Below, piece by piece: positions 35,905-47,175 of a stretch of DNA of 47,175 bases. The stretch lies in NCBI RefSeq assembly GCF_001194135.2, contig NC_068985.1, positions 40,114,857 through 40,162,031 of the forward strand, written 5' to 3'. Numbering within the stretch: position 1 is the first letter of the stretch; every line of letters begins with the position of its first letter. The DNA is from Octopus bimaculoides. Taxonomy: Eukaryota. The position numbers and the translations under genes were made by a program. The notes beneath the pieces were generated by a model that saw only the letters and a program-made list of their open reading frames with translations, did no database searches and was not told where the DNA came from.

Positions 35905-37178
35905 ACATGCATGTATGACATGTGAAAGGGAGATGGTGTGTGCATTTTTGTTTACAACTAAAAACCATTGTTGTCTATAATGTGTCTTTTATGCCCTATA
36001 ACTTAACAGTTCAACAAATAAAGATCAATGAAATAAATACCCAACTGAAATAAGGATGGGAGTCAATATACTTGACTGAAAACACTTGCTCTAGCATGGC
36101 CTTAGTACAATGACTGATACCAATAAAAGAATAAAAGAGTAAGAGAAAATAGAAGAAATTAGGGTTCACTGCTTTAAGTCAAAAAATATCTAACATTTTT
36201 ATATCTTAAAATTTATTATTAGCAGTGGTGTGTCACCAAAGGCTGGTGCTCAGATTTGCTTAATAATGGCCCCATTCCTAGCAGTAACATCTGTTAATTC
36301 ATCCCTAGGGTATCTTTTAATGGCAGTTAGGCAAGCCTTGTAGTATAAAAAACAGATTTGCTTTTTGTCAGTTTTTTTATTTCAAATATCAGAATATGAA
36401 GAAGACATTACAGACAAGAAGTATCAACCATCTGAATCAACCATTACTCACTGAGCTTACAAAAGAGCTTCCATACAGTCACTCATTTAACCTGCTAGAA
36501 ACAGCAGCTAAAACTTGCTCAAATTACATCTAACCATCTTAAATAAAGAAAAGATGCATTAAATAATGTATAACTATTTTAAACTAAAGAGAGATTGGTC
36601 ATGGCTGGAATGTCTTGGATCAAAAAACTGCTTGATCAGAGTAAACTTGTGGCTAAATAAAACAAAGACAACAATAATCCTCTTAATGCCTTTCTTTTTA
36701 TGTATGTATATGTATTTAATATAAGGTCTGAAACATTCAATTGATTAGTGATTTATTTAAACTACACCTCCTCCTTAATGATTATATAAATTTGTGTGGC
36801 TTTAAGGAAACCCAGATCATTGATTAGTTATTATTAATTATTAATGATAAGAGATTAACTTAAATTATGTTGTCAGAACAAGATAAATAAAATTCATAAT
36901 ACAACAAAGGAACAACGCCTTCCTGAATGAAAAAAAATTAGTGTTTGTGATTGTGGTTTAGAAACCTAGATCAGCAGTGATACAATATGTAACTGGGTAA
37001 AAATGAACAAAAATTTTTCTCTTTGTGGATGAAACAATATATTGAACAATGGGATGTTCATTTACAGATTTCTGCTGTGTCTGAATCAGAACAGTTGAAA
37101 CCATTAAGATCCAAGAAGTTTCTCATGCAAGGTGGCCTAGTTTACAACTATAAATAGTAATACTGCCGCTTAGCTTAC

Positions 37179-37198
37179 AGTGTTGAATTCAATTTCTC
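37179..37198 (-). CDS. Candidate 20-nt microexon (EKLNST, phase 0 to 2), NAGNAG acceptor
   Basis: Acceptor aactttcccagcag (tandem CAGCAG, 20 or 23 nt), donor ACT|gtaagc. Confidence 0.4.
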
Positions 37199-40100
37199 CT
37201 GCTGGGAAAGTTAACTGCAATGTACCGTGTCCTATCCAAGGGAAGATATACACCTCTCATTCACTTTATGCCGTAAGAAGATTGAGATAAGCACTGGCTC
37301 CCCAGCCCCTTGTGATTAACAAATACATACACATGCGTGTGCGTGTTTTTAAGTATACAGTTTCAGAACATAGGGTTCACTATTGTAAGTGGAGTGGTTT
37401 CAACCCTTGTGATATGATTGTTCATTATTCTTCTCTTAAAGAATTATTGTTGTTGTTAAGTGGACAGTGATTGAGCAGACTAATGAGCAAAGGAATTCTA
37501 GCCATAAACATCCTGTCTTTTCTTTTTTAAAGGTATATAGGATTACATTATCTAATGTACTTGATCTAAAATGGTAAAGTGTGATTTGAGGGAAAATTGA
37601 TTGTTTTTTCCAGTAAGAAGACTGACAATATATGTTTTATTGTATTTTATATGAAAATGTTCAGCAATTAATTAAAAGAAGAGAAAATATACACATTCAT
37701 ACACAGGTTTAATATTCATGTTGCATGGTGATGATACCCTGCTTGTTTAAGTAATTTGATATCTTCTAATACTGTTTGCTTTACAGAAAGGAAAAACATC
37801 ACGAACCCCCACCCTGAGTATATAATACAAGACAAAGGTAAAAGGGCTATTTAAAATAATATATAAATTTACAGACAGTAGAAAACAAACTTTAAAAGGA
37901 CATCTTCAAAAAAATGAAAACAAAACAAAACAAAACAAATTGTGACAAACTTATTTTATCTTTATGAATAATATAGATTAGTCAGAGAATTAACTTCATC
38001 TTTTGTGTTATCTACATTTACCTTTTGACCTGATTTAATCACAGATCATCAAATATAACACACACACTAGTGTGATCAGGTGAATTTAGCATTGACACTG
38101 GATTTTCATTTTGGTGATTAATTTGTGTGTGTGTGTGTGTATTGTATATGATGAACTCTCTCTGGTTCCAACATAGACATGTCCAGTTGTTTGATAATTA
38201 AAGTGCAAAGTGGCAGATCATTCCACTGATATGTGTATCTCATGAAAATCGCAAGTAGAACCAGTATGATGTACTGAGGATCTATGAAGTTGAAGTATGA
38301 ATATATTCCATCAAACACACTTCTACACACTTTCTAGCAATCCAAATTTACTCAGAAGGCTTTAGTTAATCTAAAGCTGTGATAAAAGCACTTGCCCAAC
38401 ATAACACAACAGGGTTGAACCTGGGACTGTAATATTGTGAAGCGAATTTCTTAACCATTCAGCTAGTCATGCTTGTGAGTCCCCACCCACCACTCATGTA
38501 ATATATGTAGGGACAGACATGGCTGTGTGGTTAAAAAGTTTACTTCACATTCATGGGAATTCATGTTCAATCACACTGCTTGGCACCTTAAGTGTCTCCT
38601 ACTATAGCTTAAATGGATAAATCTTATTTTAGCATGCAAAGATACAACTGTAAAATGTGGGGGATGAGGTGAAAGTCTAAAAAAAAAAACCCTTGAGGTG
38701 AAGACAGTAAAACAGTAAAGAAATGTAAGTAAATTCCACATGGCTTTATTAACACATTGTGAATCATACATCACAGGCTTCAGTGTTTATTTTACTTTCA
38801 AGTGATGTATTAAGTGCGGCAGATACAGCAACTGAAGTACATTGCTTCAAACTCATATTTCCAGCAAAAAATAATTAAGTTTCACATGTTGGATTAAGAT
38901 AGAACATGAAGCTGTTAATCACTTTCAGTTTTGAGAATCCAAATGATTACATGTATATATATGTTTTATACATATGTATGAATATCATATTTATTATAGA
39001 TAAAAAAAATATTAAAAAAGCAGTCATCATTTGCAAGTGAATATTTACTCGACAGTATTACGCTTTCACTAACTGTTTTAGGTACTAATGTCATCATGAA
39101 TAGATATATGTACCCTCATTGTTCTCCCATAAGTGACCCAACAGTACATTGAGGATATGATAGCCAGAGGAAGAGGGCTGCACCAGCACTTGGCTGAGGA
39201 AACTGGAGCTATGCAATATGAAGTGTCATGCTCAAGGACACAACAAACTGCCCAGTGGAAATTGAAACCACATTTTTATGAATGTGAAGCTAACATCTTA
39301 ACTGCGCCCTCACATATATATTATATGTATGTGTTATATGCATATATTCATCATCATCATCATCATTTTAACATCTACTTTTTCATGGGTTGAACAGAGT
39401 TTGTTGAGATGGATTTTCTAGAGCCAGATGCCCTTCTTGCTGCTCCTTGAAAGGGACCCTCATGATCTGAAACCTTCACAAAACATCTAATCACTAAACC
39501 AGTCACCCAAGATATTTTTACTATCATTCAGAACTTAAATGTAGTTTCATAGATTTGCACACAGTGATAAACTTGTTGCAAATTGATTTAATCAGCCTCA
39601 ATGTATGCTGGGTAGTCTACTGAATTGGTCCCAGAAGAATGTAAGGTGAAATCAACCTTGATGGTATCTGAACACAGAACTTATAGGTAGGACTTCTATC
39701 ATTCCACTGTTTTCATTTCAGAATTTAGTGATTTCTTAGACTAGCCAGAAAGTACACATTTTTAGGGGAGGAACATAGTAAACTAAATTCCAATCCATGC
39801 TTGATGCTTATTTTTATGAATGCCAAAGAATGCAAGGCAAATTGACCCTAGATGGGCTTGAACCTGAAAACTGTTATGTATTTAGCCTGGATTAATGCTG
39901 TTTTGCTACTGCATTTCTACTAAGGTTATGCTGACATTTTAAAAGTTTTATTTTCTGTGTTCTGACATTCAAGTCTGGAAAATTTCAGGTAATATTTCAT
40001 TTTACCAGATATACACAATATTTCATTTGTAGGCAGGAGAAAAAAAATCTGAATTCATTAATTTATTAATAAATTAATAAGTTAACACAGAATCTGAGGT

Positions 40101-41011
40101 TATCAGACAAGATATTTCTTTTTGCTGCTTCATGATTGAGAGATCAACATAGTCTTTCATCTCTTCACAGTTGATAAAATAAACAATTATTTCTACAACT
40201 AAACAAAGATAAATGAGATAAATTTTCTTTTTAAATAGGACAAATGGTCTAATGCATCCAGTTTTCTCTGTAGGAGGAACTGAAATTGGACACTGCAGGC
40301 CAATAATCACTCATCAATTCCTCTGTGCTACTGTTGCTTACTGCAATGAAGTGTACCATCTATGAACCAATGAGAAGAATCTAAAAATCATTACTAAGTA
40401 TACAAGTCAATAAAAAGAGCGTTTCCAAGCAGTCACTAGACATGCTAGAAAGAACTGCCAAGTCTCCCTCAAATCACATCTTACTCTTAAAAAAAAAAAA
40501 GAGAAAAGAAGAGACAATCAATAATCTTGACTTAGATATGTTATGCCTGAATAAAAGACAGGATGATCACAGCTGGTACATTTTGATCATAAGACTGATC
40601 AATCTAATCTGATATAAAGCTAAACAACAGGTGAACTCGACCACCAAGAACTAAGTATAAGGCCAAGGACATATGTAATGTCAGTGATAAGATAGAATAC
40701 TATTAATGAATTTCATGACAGGTTAACTGATCTGACAAATCATTCAGCTAGACCAAGCTCTCATTACTATAACTTGGTTCTTCTGAAACCCTAATAAGAG
40801 ACAGTATAAACATAACTGGATCCATCAATTACAACCTAAGTACTGTTACTCTCTCAGGTGTATTCTCAAATCTATAAGGACCATATTAACGTAACTTTAT
40901 GAATGGAAATGGGATGGGTAGAGGAGTTTGTTATTTTTCTACTGAAAAAATATTTTTCAATGAACAAAAAAAAAATAAAGCAGCAATAAAAGGATATTTT
41001 TCTGAACTCAC

Positions 41012-41029
41012 CACCAGCCCACTACCCAG
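41012..41029 (-). CDS. Candidate 18-nt microexon CTGGGTAGTGGGCTGGTG
   Basis: Strong donor GTG|gtgagt, but the acceptor tttgtatgtatag is mediocre and lies in a gap-flanking duplicate. Confidence 0.25.
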
Positions 41030-41499
41030 CTATACATACAAACCACTTTCACTCATACAAATACAAACTCACTAACACACACATTACTCATGTATAAACA
41101 CACATAAATGAAAGTATATTCTCTCTCTCTCCCCACCCCCTCTCTCTCTCCCCACCCNNNNNNNNNNCACTACCCAGCTATACATACAAACCACTTTCAC
41201 TCATACAAATACAAACTCACTAACACACACATTACTCATGTATAAACACACATAAATGAAAGTATATTCTCTCTCTCTCCCGTGCTCACACACACACACA
41301 CACACACAGAAATAATTGGTGTATCTGAAGAAAACATTAGGTTCTAAGTTGCTTTCAATCCAAAATACGCAATAATAGTCACACACGTGTTGTACATTAA
41401 TAGTAGCTCGGTTACACTTTAGTCAGCACAGATAGTTTTAGTTTTAACAAATACTAACAACTACTTCCACATACACCTACCAATAAATACCATTAAAAT

Positions 41500-41534
<35 letters not shown>

Positions 41535-41823
41535 TCATTACCACCACCACTGCTACTGCAATCAATCACCACTAATACTATCATTATCAACACCACTACT
41601 ACTATTAGTAATAGTAGTAGTGATGTTGATAATGATAATACTAGTGATGATTGATTATCGTAGTAGTAGTAGATAATAGTGAAAGTGACAGTTCAAATGG
41701 TCATGCAGTTTGATAGAATATGCAAGCTTCTATACTACATGAAGAGATAACCAAACAGGATAATGAAAGTACATAACCAGTGAATGTTTTCCTCTCAGGC
41801 CAGTTATAAGTGTCTTACATATG

Positions 41824-41871
<48 letters not shown>

Positions 41872-42541
41872 CATACTCACATATAGATATACATACTCAT
41901 ACACTTGCTTACATAAGTAGAACAGACAGACTGACATACACAAATCTGTGGCTAGGATTTACAGTTGATAACAAATAATATAGTGGTGATCAATGTCTGG
42001 GAATGAGACCAGCTTACATAGATATATGTACACACATATAGTCAGACATACAGAAAGATTAATGTTTGTGCTTTTTTCTCCACATCTATATGTGAAAGGA
42101 CAAGTGGTACAGAGTAAGGAATCAATAACTTGGTACAAGCGTGTGATCAGCTAATACATGTATGTATATAAATGAATGTGTATGAATATGTGTATGCACA
42201 TCTGGGTGTATGTGTGCTGGTGTATATTTATGCTATATATAAATATAAACACACACTCACACGCACACACTTTCAGACAGTTATGTGTAGAGCAAAAACA
42301 AAAAAATGATTATTTTCAATGTAAATGAGATGATAATGATCATCATCATTTAATGTCCATTTTCCATGAACTGGACAGCAATAATAAATTAGTAAGTAAT
42401 TCCTGAGAGAAAGGTCCCATTCTTAGTGTAACCAAGTACGAAAGAATACATACATATGTGTGTGTGTGTGTGTGTGTTTTAAATGAGAACATTTGTAGAA
42501 TGAGTGAAAGTGAGAAATAAGATAAAAAATGTACAACTCAC

Positions 42542-42561
42542 CTATACAGTGCTTCTATCAA
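42542..42561 (-). CDS. Candidate 20-nt microexon (phase 0 to 2; LIEALY)
   Basis: Strong donor TAG|gtgagt; acceptor catgcaacag with a weak pyrimidine tract but TGC at -8. Only one frame is free of stops. Confidence 0.4.
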
Positions 42562-43241
42562 CTGTTGCATGGTCTATCATCAATAACAGATAATACCCAT
42601 TGCTTTAACTTCATAACTGATTCAACAGCACAACTACTACTACTACTATTACCACCACTACTACTATACGATATACTCTCCAACTGGTTGTAAAAGTTAA
42701 GGTTAAGAAGAAGAAGACAAACCAATAACAACAGCACTAGCAGTAGTAACAACAAAACAGTAATCTGGTAGGTCCCAAGAGTGTGTGTACAGAGAAGTTC
42801 CTTACAGCATAGGGGTGGAGCATGAGGGTGGAGTGAGATGAGGGAGAGAGGTGATGTTGCTTTCAACCAAAGCAGCTCCCTGTATTTGTTCTTGTGGGAG
42901 AGGACTGTCAGAGAGTGGAGTGGGTCAGTCAACAACTGCAGAAACACACAGATCTTCTGGTTTGTTGATCCGACTGACAGTAGTATTTATTTCCAACATT
43001 TCACACAATCACAATGATAGGCACATACACACACACACACACACTCACACAAACACTACCTCCTAACATAGCATATAGTGTGCGCGCCAACTTGGCGAAA
43101 TTTGTGTGTTTGTGTGCGTAAATGCGTGTGAGTATGTGTTGTGTGCTGGCTAAATATTACAGCATGCTCATAAAACACTTTTTGTGTCTACTACAATTCC
43201 CCACCACCACTTTCTCTCTATCTTACTTTCTCTCTCTCTTA

Positions 43242-43277
<36 letters not shown>

Positions 43278-43324
43278 GACTATTGAAAGAAAGGAATAAG
43301 TTTATGTAGTGGTGTATTACTCAC

Positions 43325-43344
43325 AACCAGAGATGAGAAAAGAA
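43325..43344 (-). CDS. Candidate 20-nt microexon TTCTTTTCTCATCTCTGGTT
   Basis: Strong acceptor gtgtttttacatccttcctag, donor GTT|gtgagt. Confidence 0.45.
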
Positions 43345-43760
43345 CTAGGAAGGATGTAAAAACACTTTTTCCTTTTGCTGTTAACTTCAGTTCTTTTTTC
43401 TTTGTTTTATTTTGCCTTAAGTAAAGTTCCTACTACCACCACTACCAACCCTAACATTTTGCAGAGAAGAACCCAATAGAGGTTCTATAAGTAAAAAAAA
43501 AAGAAAAAGAATTCCACAAAAATATATATATTATTTTCTCTAAAGAAATAATATTTTGTTAAAAAAACAATTAATTTTGATAAACAAATAAACTAACCAT
43601 CTAATAATCACACTACTTCAGCAGATATTCATATAAGATACTTTTTTTCTTTTTCCCTTTCTTTTAGAATAAGTGTTCAGTTGATCAAATCAATTTTAGT
43701 ATAATTATTATTTTTAAAAATAGACACAAGTTAAACATTGTGGTAGAAGAGGGAGATAGT

Positions 43761-43811
<51 letters not shown>

Positions 43812-44107
43812 TAACATCAGTTCTGTTAATTATTTTATAAGAAAGTAGTTATCAGAAGGAAGAACTGTAAAGTCAAATATGGTAATATGGTAGCAGGATT
43901 TGAACTCGGATGTTAACTAAATGTAACATACTATTCCATCAATTCTGTTATCAATGAGCACTTATTGCAATCATTTCTGAGAGAGAAGAAAAAATGTTTT
44001 TCTTAACCATTTGATTACCATATTTCTATTGCACTGCCTTTATTTCAATTCATTTTGAAAAGAATAAAAAAATTATTGAAATAACTGTCATTATTAAACA
44101 GGCATTT

Positions 44108-44317
44108 AAGATGGTGAGCTGGCAGAATCATTAGCATACCAGATGAAATGCTTAGCAGCATTTCATTTGTCTTCATGTTCTGAGTTCAAATTCTGCCACG
44201 GTTGACTTTGCCTTTCATCATTTCAGGGTCAATAAAATAAGTACCAGTTGAGTATTGGAGCCGATGAAACTGACTTACTCCTTCCCCAACTTGCTGGCCT
44301 TGTGCCAAAATTTGAAA
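44108..44317 (+). mobile_element. tRNA-derived SINE (family 2) with a perfect 20-bp target-site duplication
   Basis: TSD TCATTATTAAACAGGCATTT at 44088-44107 and 44318-44337. Body GGTGAGCTGGCAGAATCATTAGC...GAGTTCAAATTC...GACTTTGCCTTTCATC...AATAAAATAAGTACCAG. Reverse fragments at about 19600-19720 and 30370-30640. Confidence 0.88.
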
Positions 44318-44806
44318 TCATTATTAAACAGGCATTTGGTACAGGGAATTTTAGGAAGAAATTCATATCAGAGAACTACGGGTGGCTTCAGGTGATTTGG
44401 TATCAAAAGGATTAATATAAACTAAGAACAGATAGGGGATGACAAACAGTATATGTAAGTATAGCATCTAGCATGACATTCAGTGTGGGTGGCATTAAGT
44501 TCTGGATGAATGGAATTGTAAATTCAGATACAGTTTCCAGTTGAAACTGTGTAATACTGATACTTGTTTTCTCAATCACTACAAGAATGAAAAGTGATGT
44601 TGATAAAACTGAAATTTGAATTCAAATTCAGACAAAACAATACTGTAAATACATTTTACTATGATATACTAGTATTTTAGCCTTTCCCACAAAAAAATTC
44701 ACAACAATAGTATTTATCCTTGTTTTGTAGATCAACAAAATAAATGAGAAGTAAAGTTCTTTGTTATTACTAGAAGAGACTCTTAGGCTATTTCTGATGA
44801 ACTCAC

Positions 44807-44815
44807 CTGGATAAA
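44807..44815 (-). CDS. Candidate 9-nt microexon TTTATCCAG
   Basis: Acceptor cttgtatcttatttgcttcag with TGC at -8 to -6, and a consensus donor CAG|gtgagt. Confidence 0.55.
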
Positions 44816-45844
44816 CTGAAGCAAATAAGATACAAGTATATGTGATGCAATGGTTGTTATGAACTCTTTGCTATTTCCTCCAACCCCAACTATTTATTAT
44901 TCTACAAAACAAAATAATTTCAAAAATCTATAACTTGAGTTTTGTGCCATATTAAGATATGACATTTTCTCTCACTTCCTGGTTTGTTTTTCAACATCAT
45001 TATCATCATTTAACATCCATTTTCCATACTGGATCCAGCAAGCCACAAGTCTACTCCAAACTCCAGTGTCAGCTTTGGCATAGTTTCTATGGTTGGATGC
45101 CCTTGCTAATGCCAAACACATTGTAGTGAGCACTGGGTGCTTTTATTCCTTTTATTCATGCTACCAGCACTAGCAATGTTGTCTAAGAAACTAGCAGGAC
45201 AGGAAAAAAAAAAAAAGGAAAGNNNNNNNNNNGACAGGAAAAAAAAAAAAAGGAAAGAACAGAGAAAAAAAAAAAAACTTTTGCTACTAAGTGTGTGGAG
45301 TATTCAAGAAAGGGAGGGAGCCTATGCCAAGTATTGAAGGCTAAAGTATGATAGAGGGAGGGACAAACATAATGTTTTACTAGAGAGGGGATACATCTTT
45401 TTTTTATATTTTATTCTAAAGCAACAAAATAATCACCAAATCGGATGGCAGGATACAAATGTGATATCTCTTATATTACTATTATCATTAGTATTATCAC
45501 NNNNNNNNNNNNNNNNNNNNNNNNNNNNNNNNNNNNNNNNNNNNNNNNNNNNNNNNNNNNNNNNNNNNNNNNNNNNNNNNNNNNNNNNNNNNNNNNNNNN
45601 NNNNNNNNNNNNNNNNNNNNNNNNNNNNNNNNNNNNNNNNNNNNNNNNNNNNNNNNNNNNNNNNNNNNNNNNNNNNNNNNNNNNNNNNNNNNNNNNNNNN
45701 NNNNNNNNNNNNNNNNNNNNNNNGCAGGATACAAATGTGATATCTCTTATATTACTATTATCATTAGTATTATCACAAAAAAATGGAGTAAAGAATAAGC
45801 TGAAATAAAAGAATACACAGCTTAACAGTAAACAATTAACTTAC

Positions 45845-45867
45845 GAGAAGTATAGAAAATGGCCCAG
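45845..45867 (-). CDS. Candidate 23-nt microexon (29 nt with the upstream acceptor)
   Basis: Pyrimidine tract tcttattgctccactctcttgtaag-atacag with two AGs 6 nt apart; donor CTC|gtaagt. Duplicated at 47156 onward. Confidence 0.4.
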
Positions 45868-46534
45868 CTGTATCTTACAAGAGAGTGGAGCAATAAGATG
45901 TTACTTTATTGAGGTTCAAATACAATACCTCCTTTATTATTATCATTTATATTATATCGCTATATTATCATTTCAAAGAAAAGTAGTTTTTTATGATTCA
46001 CTTAAATATAGATCCTGTTAAGTGGAGGATTGCTTTTTAATCACAGTTGTTAAGGTTTGAGATTAAAGAGAAAAGAAAAGAAAGAAATTGAAAAATAAGT
46101 ACAAAAAAAAAACTGCTATTATTTACCTTGTCCCAATAAATATATCATAAGTAGGGTAAATATAGAGGCAAACAAGTTTTGAAGGACATATCTTCAAATA
46201 AGAACTAAGATTGTTACATATTTAGTGAATGTATTTTTATTCCTTTACTAGTTTCAGCCACTGGGCTTTGGCGATGCTGGGGGCTCATACAGGGGTTTTA
46301 GTCAATCATACTAACGACATCATTATCATCATTTTAATGCCTACTTTCTCATGCTTACAGGAGTCAAATGGAATTAGCTACAGCAAATTTTCTATGGCCA
46401 GATGCCCTTCCTGTTGCCAATTCTTGTACTATTTCTGTATGGCACTTAGTTTATCAATCTACATTTATGGAATGCTTAAATAAACTTTTTTGACAAACCA
46501 CCAGTTTTAATCAGCAATGTTATGTCAAACTTAC

Positions 46535-46558
46535 CATATGATGAGCTTCCCCGCTGGA
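46535..46558 (-). CDS. Candidate 24-nt microexon TCCAGCGGGGAAGCTCATCATATG
   Basis: Acceptor cccattttcgttttgttatatgtag, consensus donor ATG|gtaagt; GC-rich, CpG-containing core. Confidence 0.55.
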
Positions 46559-47001
46559 CTACATATAACAAAACGAAAATGGGTTGCAGGAATATTAATC
46601 CTTTCCCCAAGAGCATAAATTTTGTTAGTGAAGGTAAAGTTGCTACCAGAGGAAATAACCTAGTGTTGATTACATGATAGTAGAGTGGAGAAAGTCTGTT
46701 TCTTTGCTGCTCTATATCAGACAATACTTTATCACAAAAAAAAAAAAGCAAAATACTTTCTTTTTTTTCTACTTATTATGTTTAGTGAGAAGGTTAAAGA
46801 ACCATATTATGTAGGCTATATATATAATAAACATGACAATCATAATTAAATATTACACTATGTGCACTCAGATGACTTGTAATGGTGCCAAGAGTAATAG
46901 AGGTGGTGGTCTGATAGTTGTGGTGACAACAATGAGGAAGCTGACTGGAATCATATTTCAAAATGATTGCTATTTATGCTAAGAGATTATAACATAAACT
47001 A

Positions 47002-47175
47002 TCTAAAGCAACAAAATAATCACCAAATCGGATGTCAGGATACAAATGTGATATCTCTTATATTACTATTATCATTAGTATTATCACAAAAAAATGGAGT
47101 AAAGAATAAGCTGAAATAAAAGAATACACAGCTTAACAGTAAACAATTAACTTACGAGAAGTATAGAAAATGGCC
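47002..47175 (+). repeat. Near-identical local duplicate of 45415-45500 / 45724-45864
   Basis: TCTAAAGCAACAAAATAATCACC...AGAAAATGGCC is repeated at a 1311-bp offset (45725 vs 47036) with one visible mismatch (GGATGG vs GGATGT); it runs off the window end. Confidence 0.9.

Larger units (their letters stand above)
1270..45723. other. Assembly gaps (N runs)
   Basis: N runs at 1270-1767, 4642-4809, 8734-9273, 9978-10712, 12943-13749, 20779-20819, 22376-22484, 23075-23109, 28813-28932, 41158-41167, 45223-45232 and 45501-45723, mostly next to microsatellites or repeats. Confidence 1.

Noticed and set aside
38118-38330. Minus-strand ORF DGIYSYFNFIDPQYIILVLLAIF...
   Set aside because: No usable splice sites; it starts in a repeat and ends in a CA microsatellite.
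40340-40378. Candidate exon ending GCA|gtaagc
   Set aside because: Its acceptor lies within a dispersed repeat copy, and it makes TGA after the 41012-41029 candidate.
41020-41280. Direct repeats flanking small gaps (41020-41130 vs 41168-41280; also 45197-45222 vs 45233-45258 and 45447-45500 vs 45724-45777)
   Set aside because: Identical sequence on both sides of an N run is typical of unmerged overlapping contig ends, not biology.
3904-43066. ORFs rich in YIYI, HTHT, CVCV, SLSL or RERE
   Set aside because: Translations of (TA)n, (CA)n and (GA)n microsatellites.

Overview
AT-rich, CpG-depleted animal genomic DNA with about 3.3 kb of N gaps (12 gaps) and dense (TA)n/(CA)n/(GA)n/(GAT)n/(ACT)n microsatellites. 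The repeat landscape is most consistent with an octopod cephalopod draft assembly (inference, not a database result). There are no prokaryotic features, CRISPR arrays, rRNA or true tRNA genes. Well-supported content is transposon debris: two RTE-clade LINE fragments (1-750; 32692-34295), three Penelope-like fragments (5765-6215 minus; 8230-8733 plus; 9431-12920 plus with RT and GIY-YIG motifs), tRNA-derived SINEs (one with a perfect 20-bp TSD), two piggyBac-type TTAA MITEs and a Helitron-like 3' end. Two Penelope 3' ends carry hammerhead-ribozyme-like motifs. Most ORFs in the supplied track are gap or microsatellite artefacts. The most interesting signal is a putative minus-strand host gene spanning the window: one convincing 164-nt coding exon (16607-16770) plus a long series of 8-58 nt candidate exons with canonical splice signals, many of which join in phase into an open reading frame I do not recognise. 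This model is manual, prone to false positives, and needs RNA-seq junction support.
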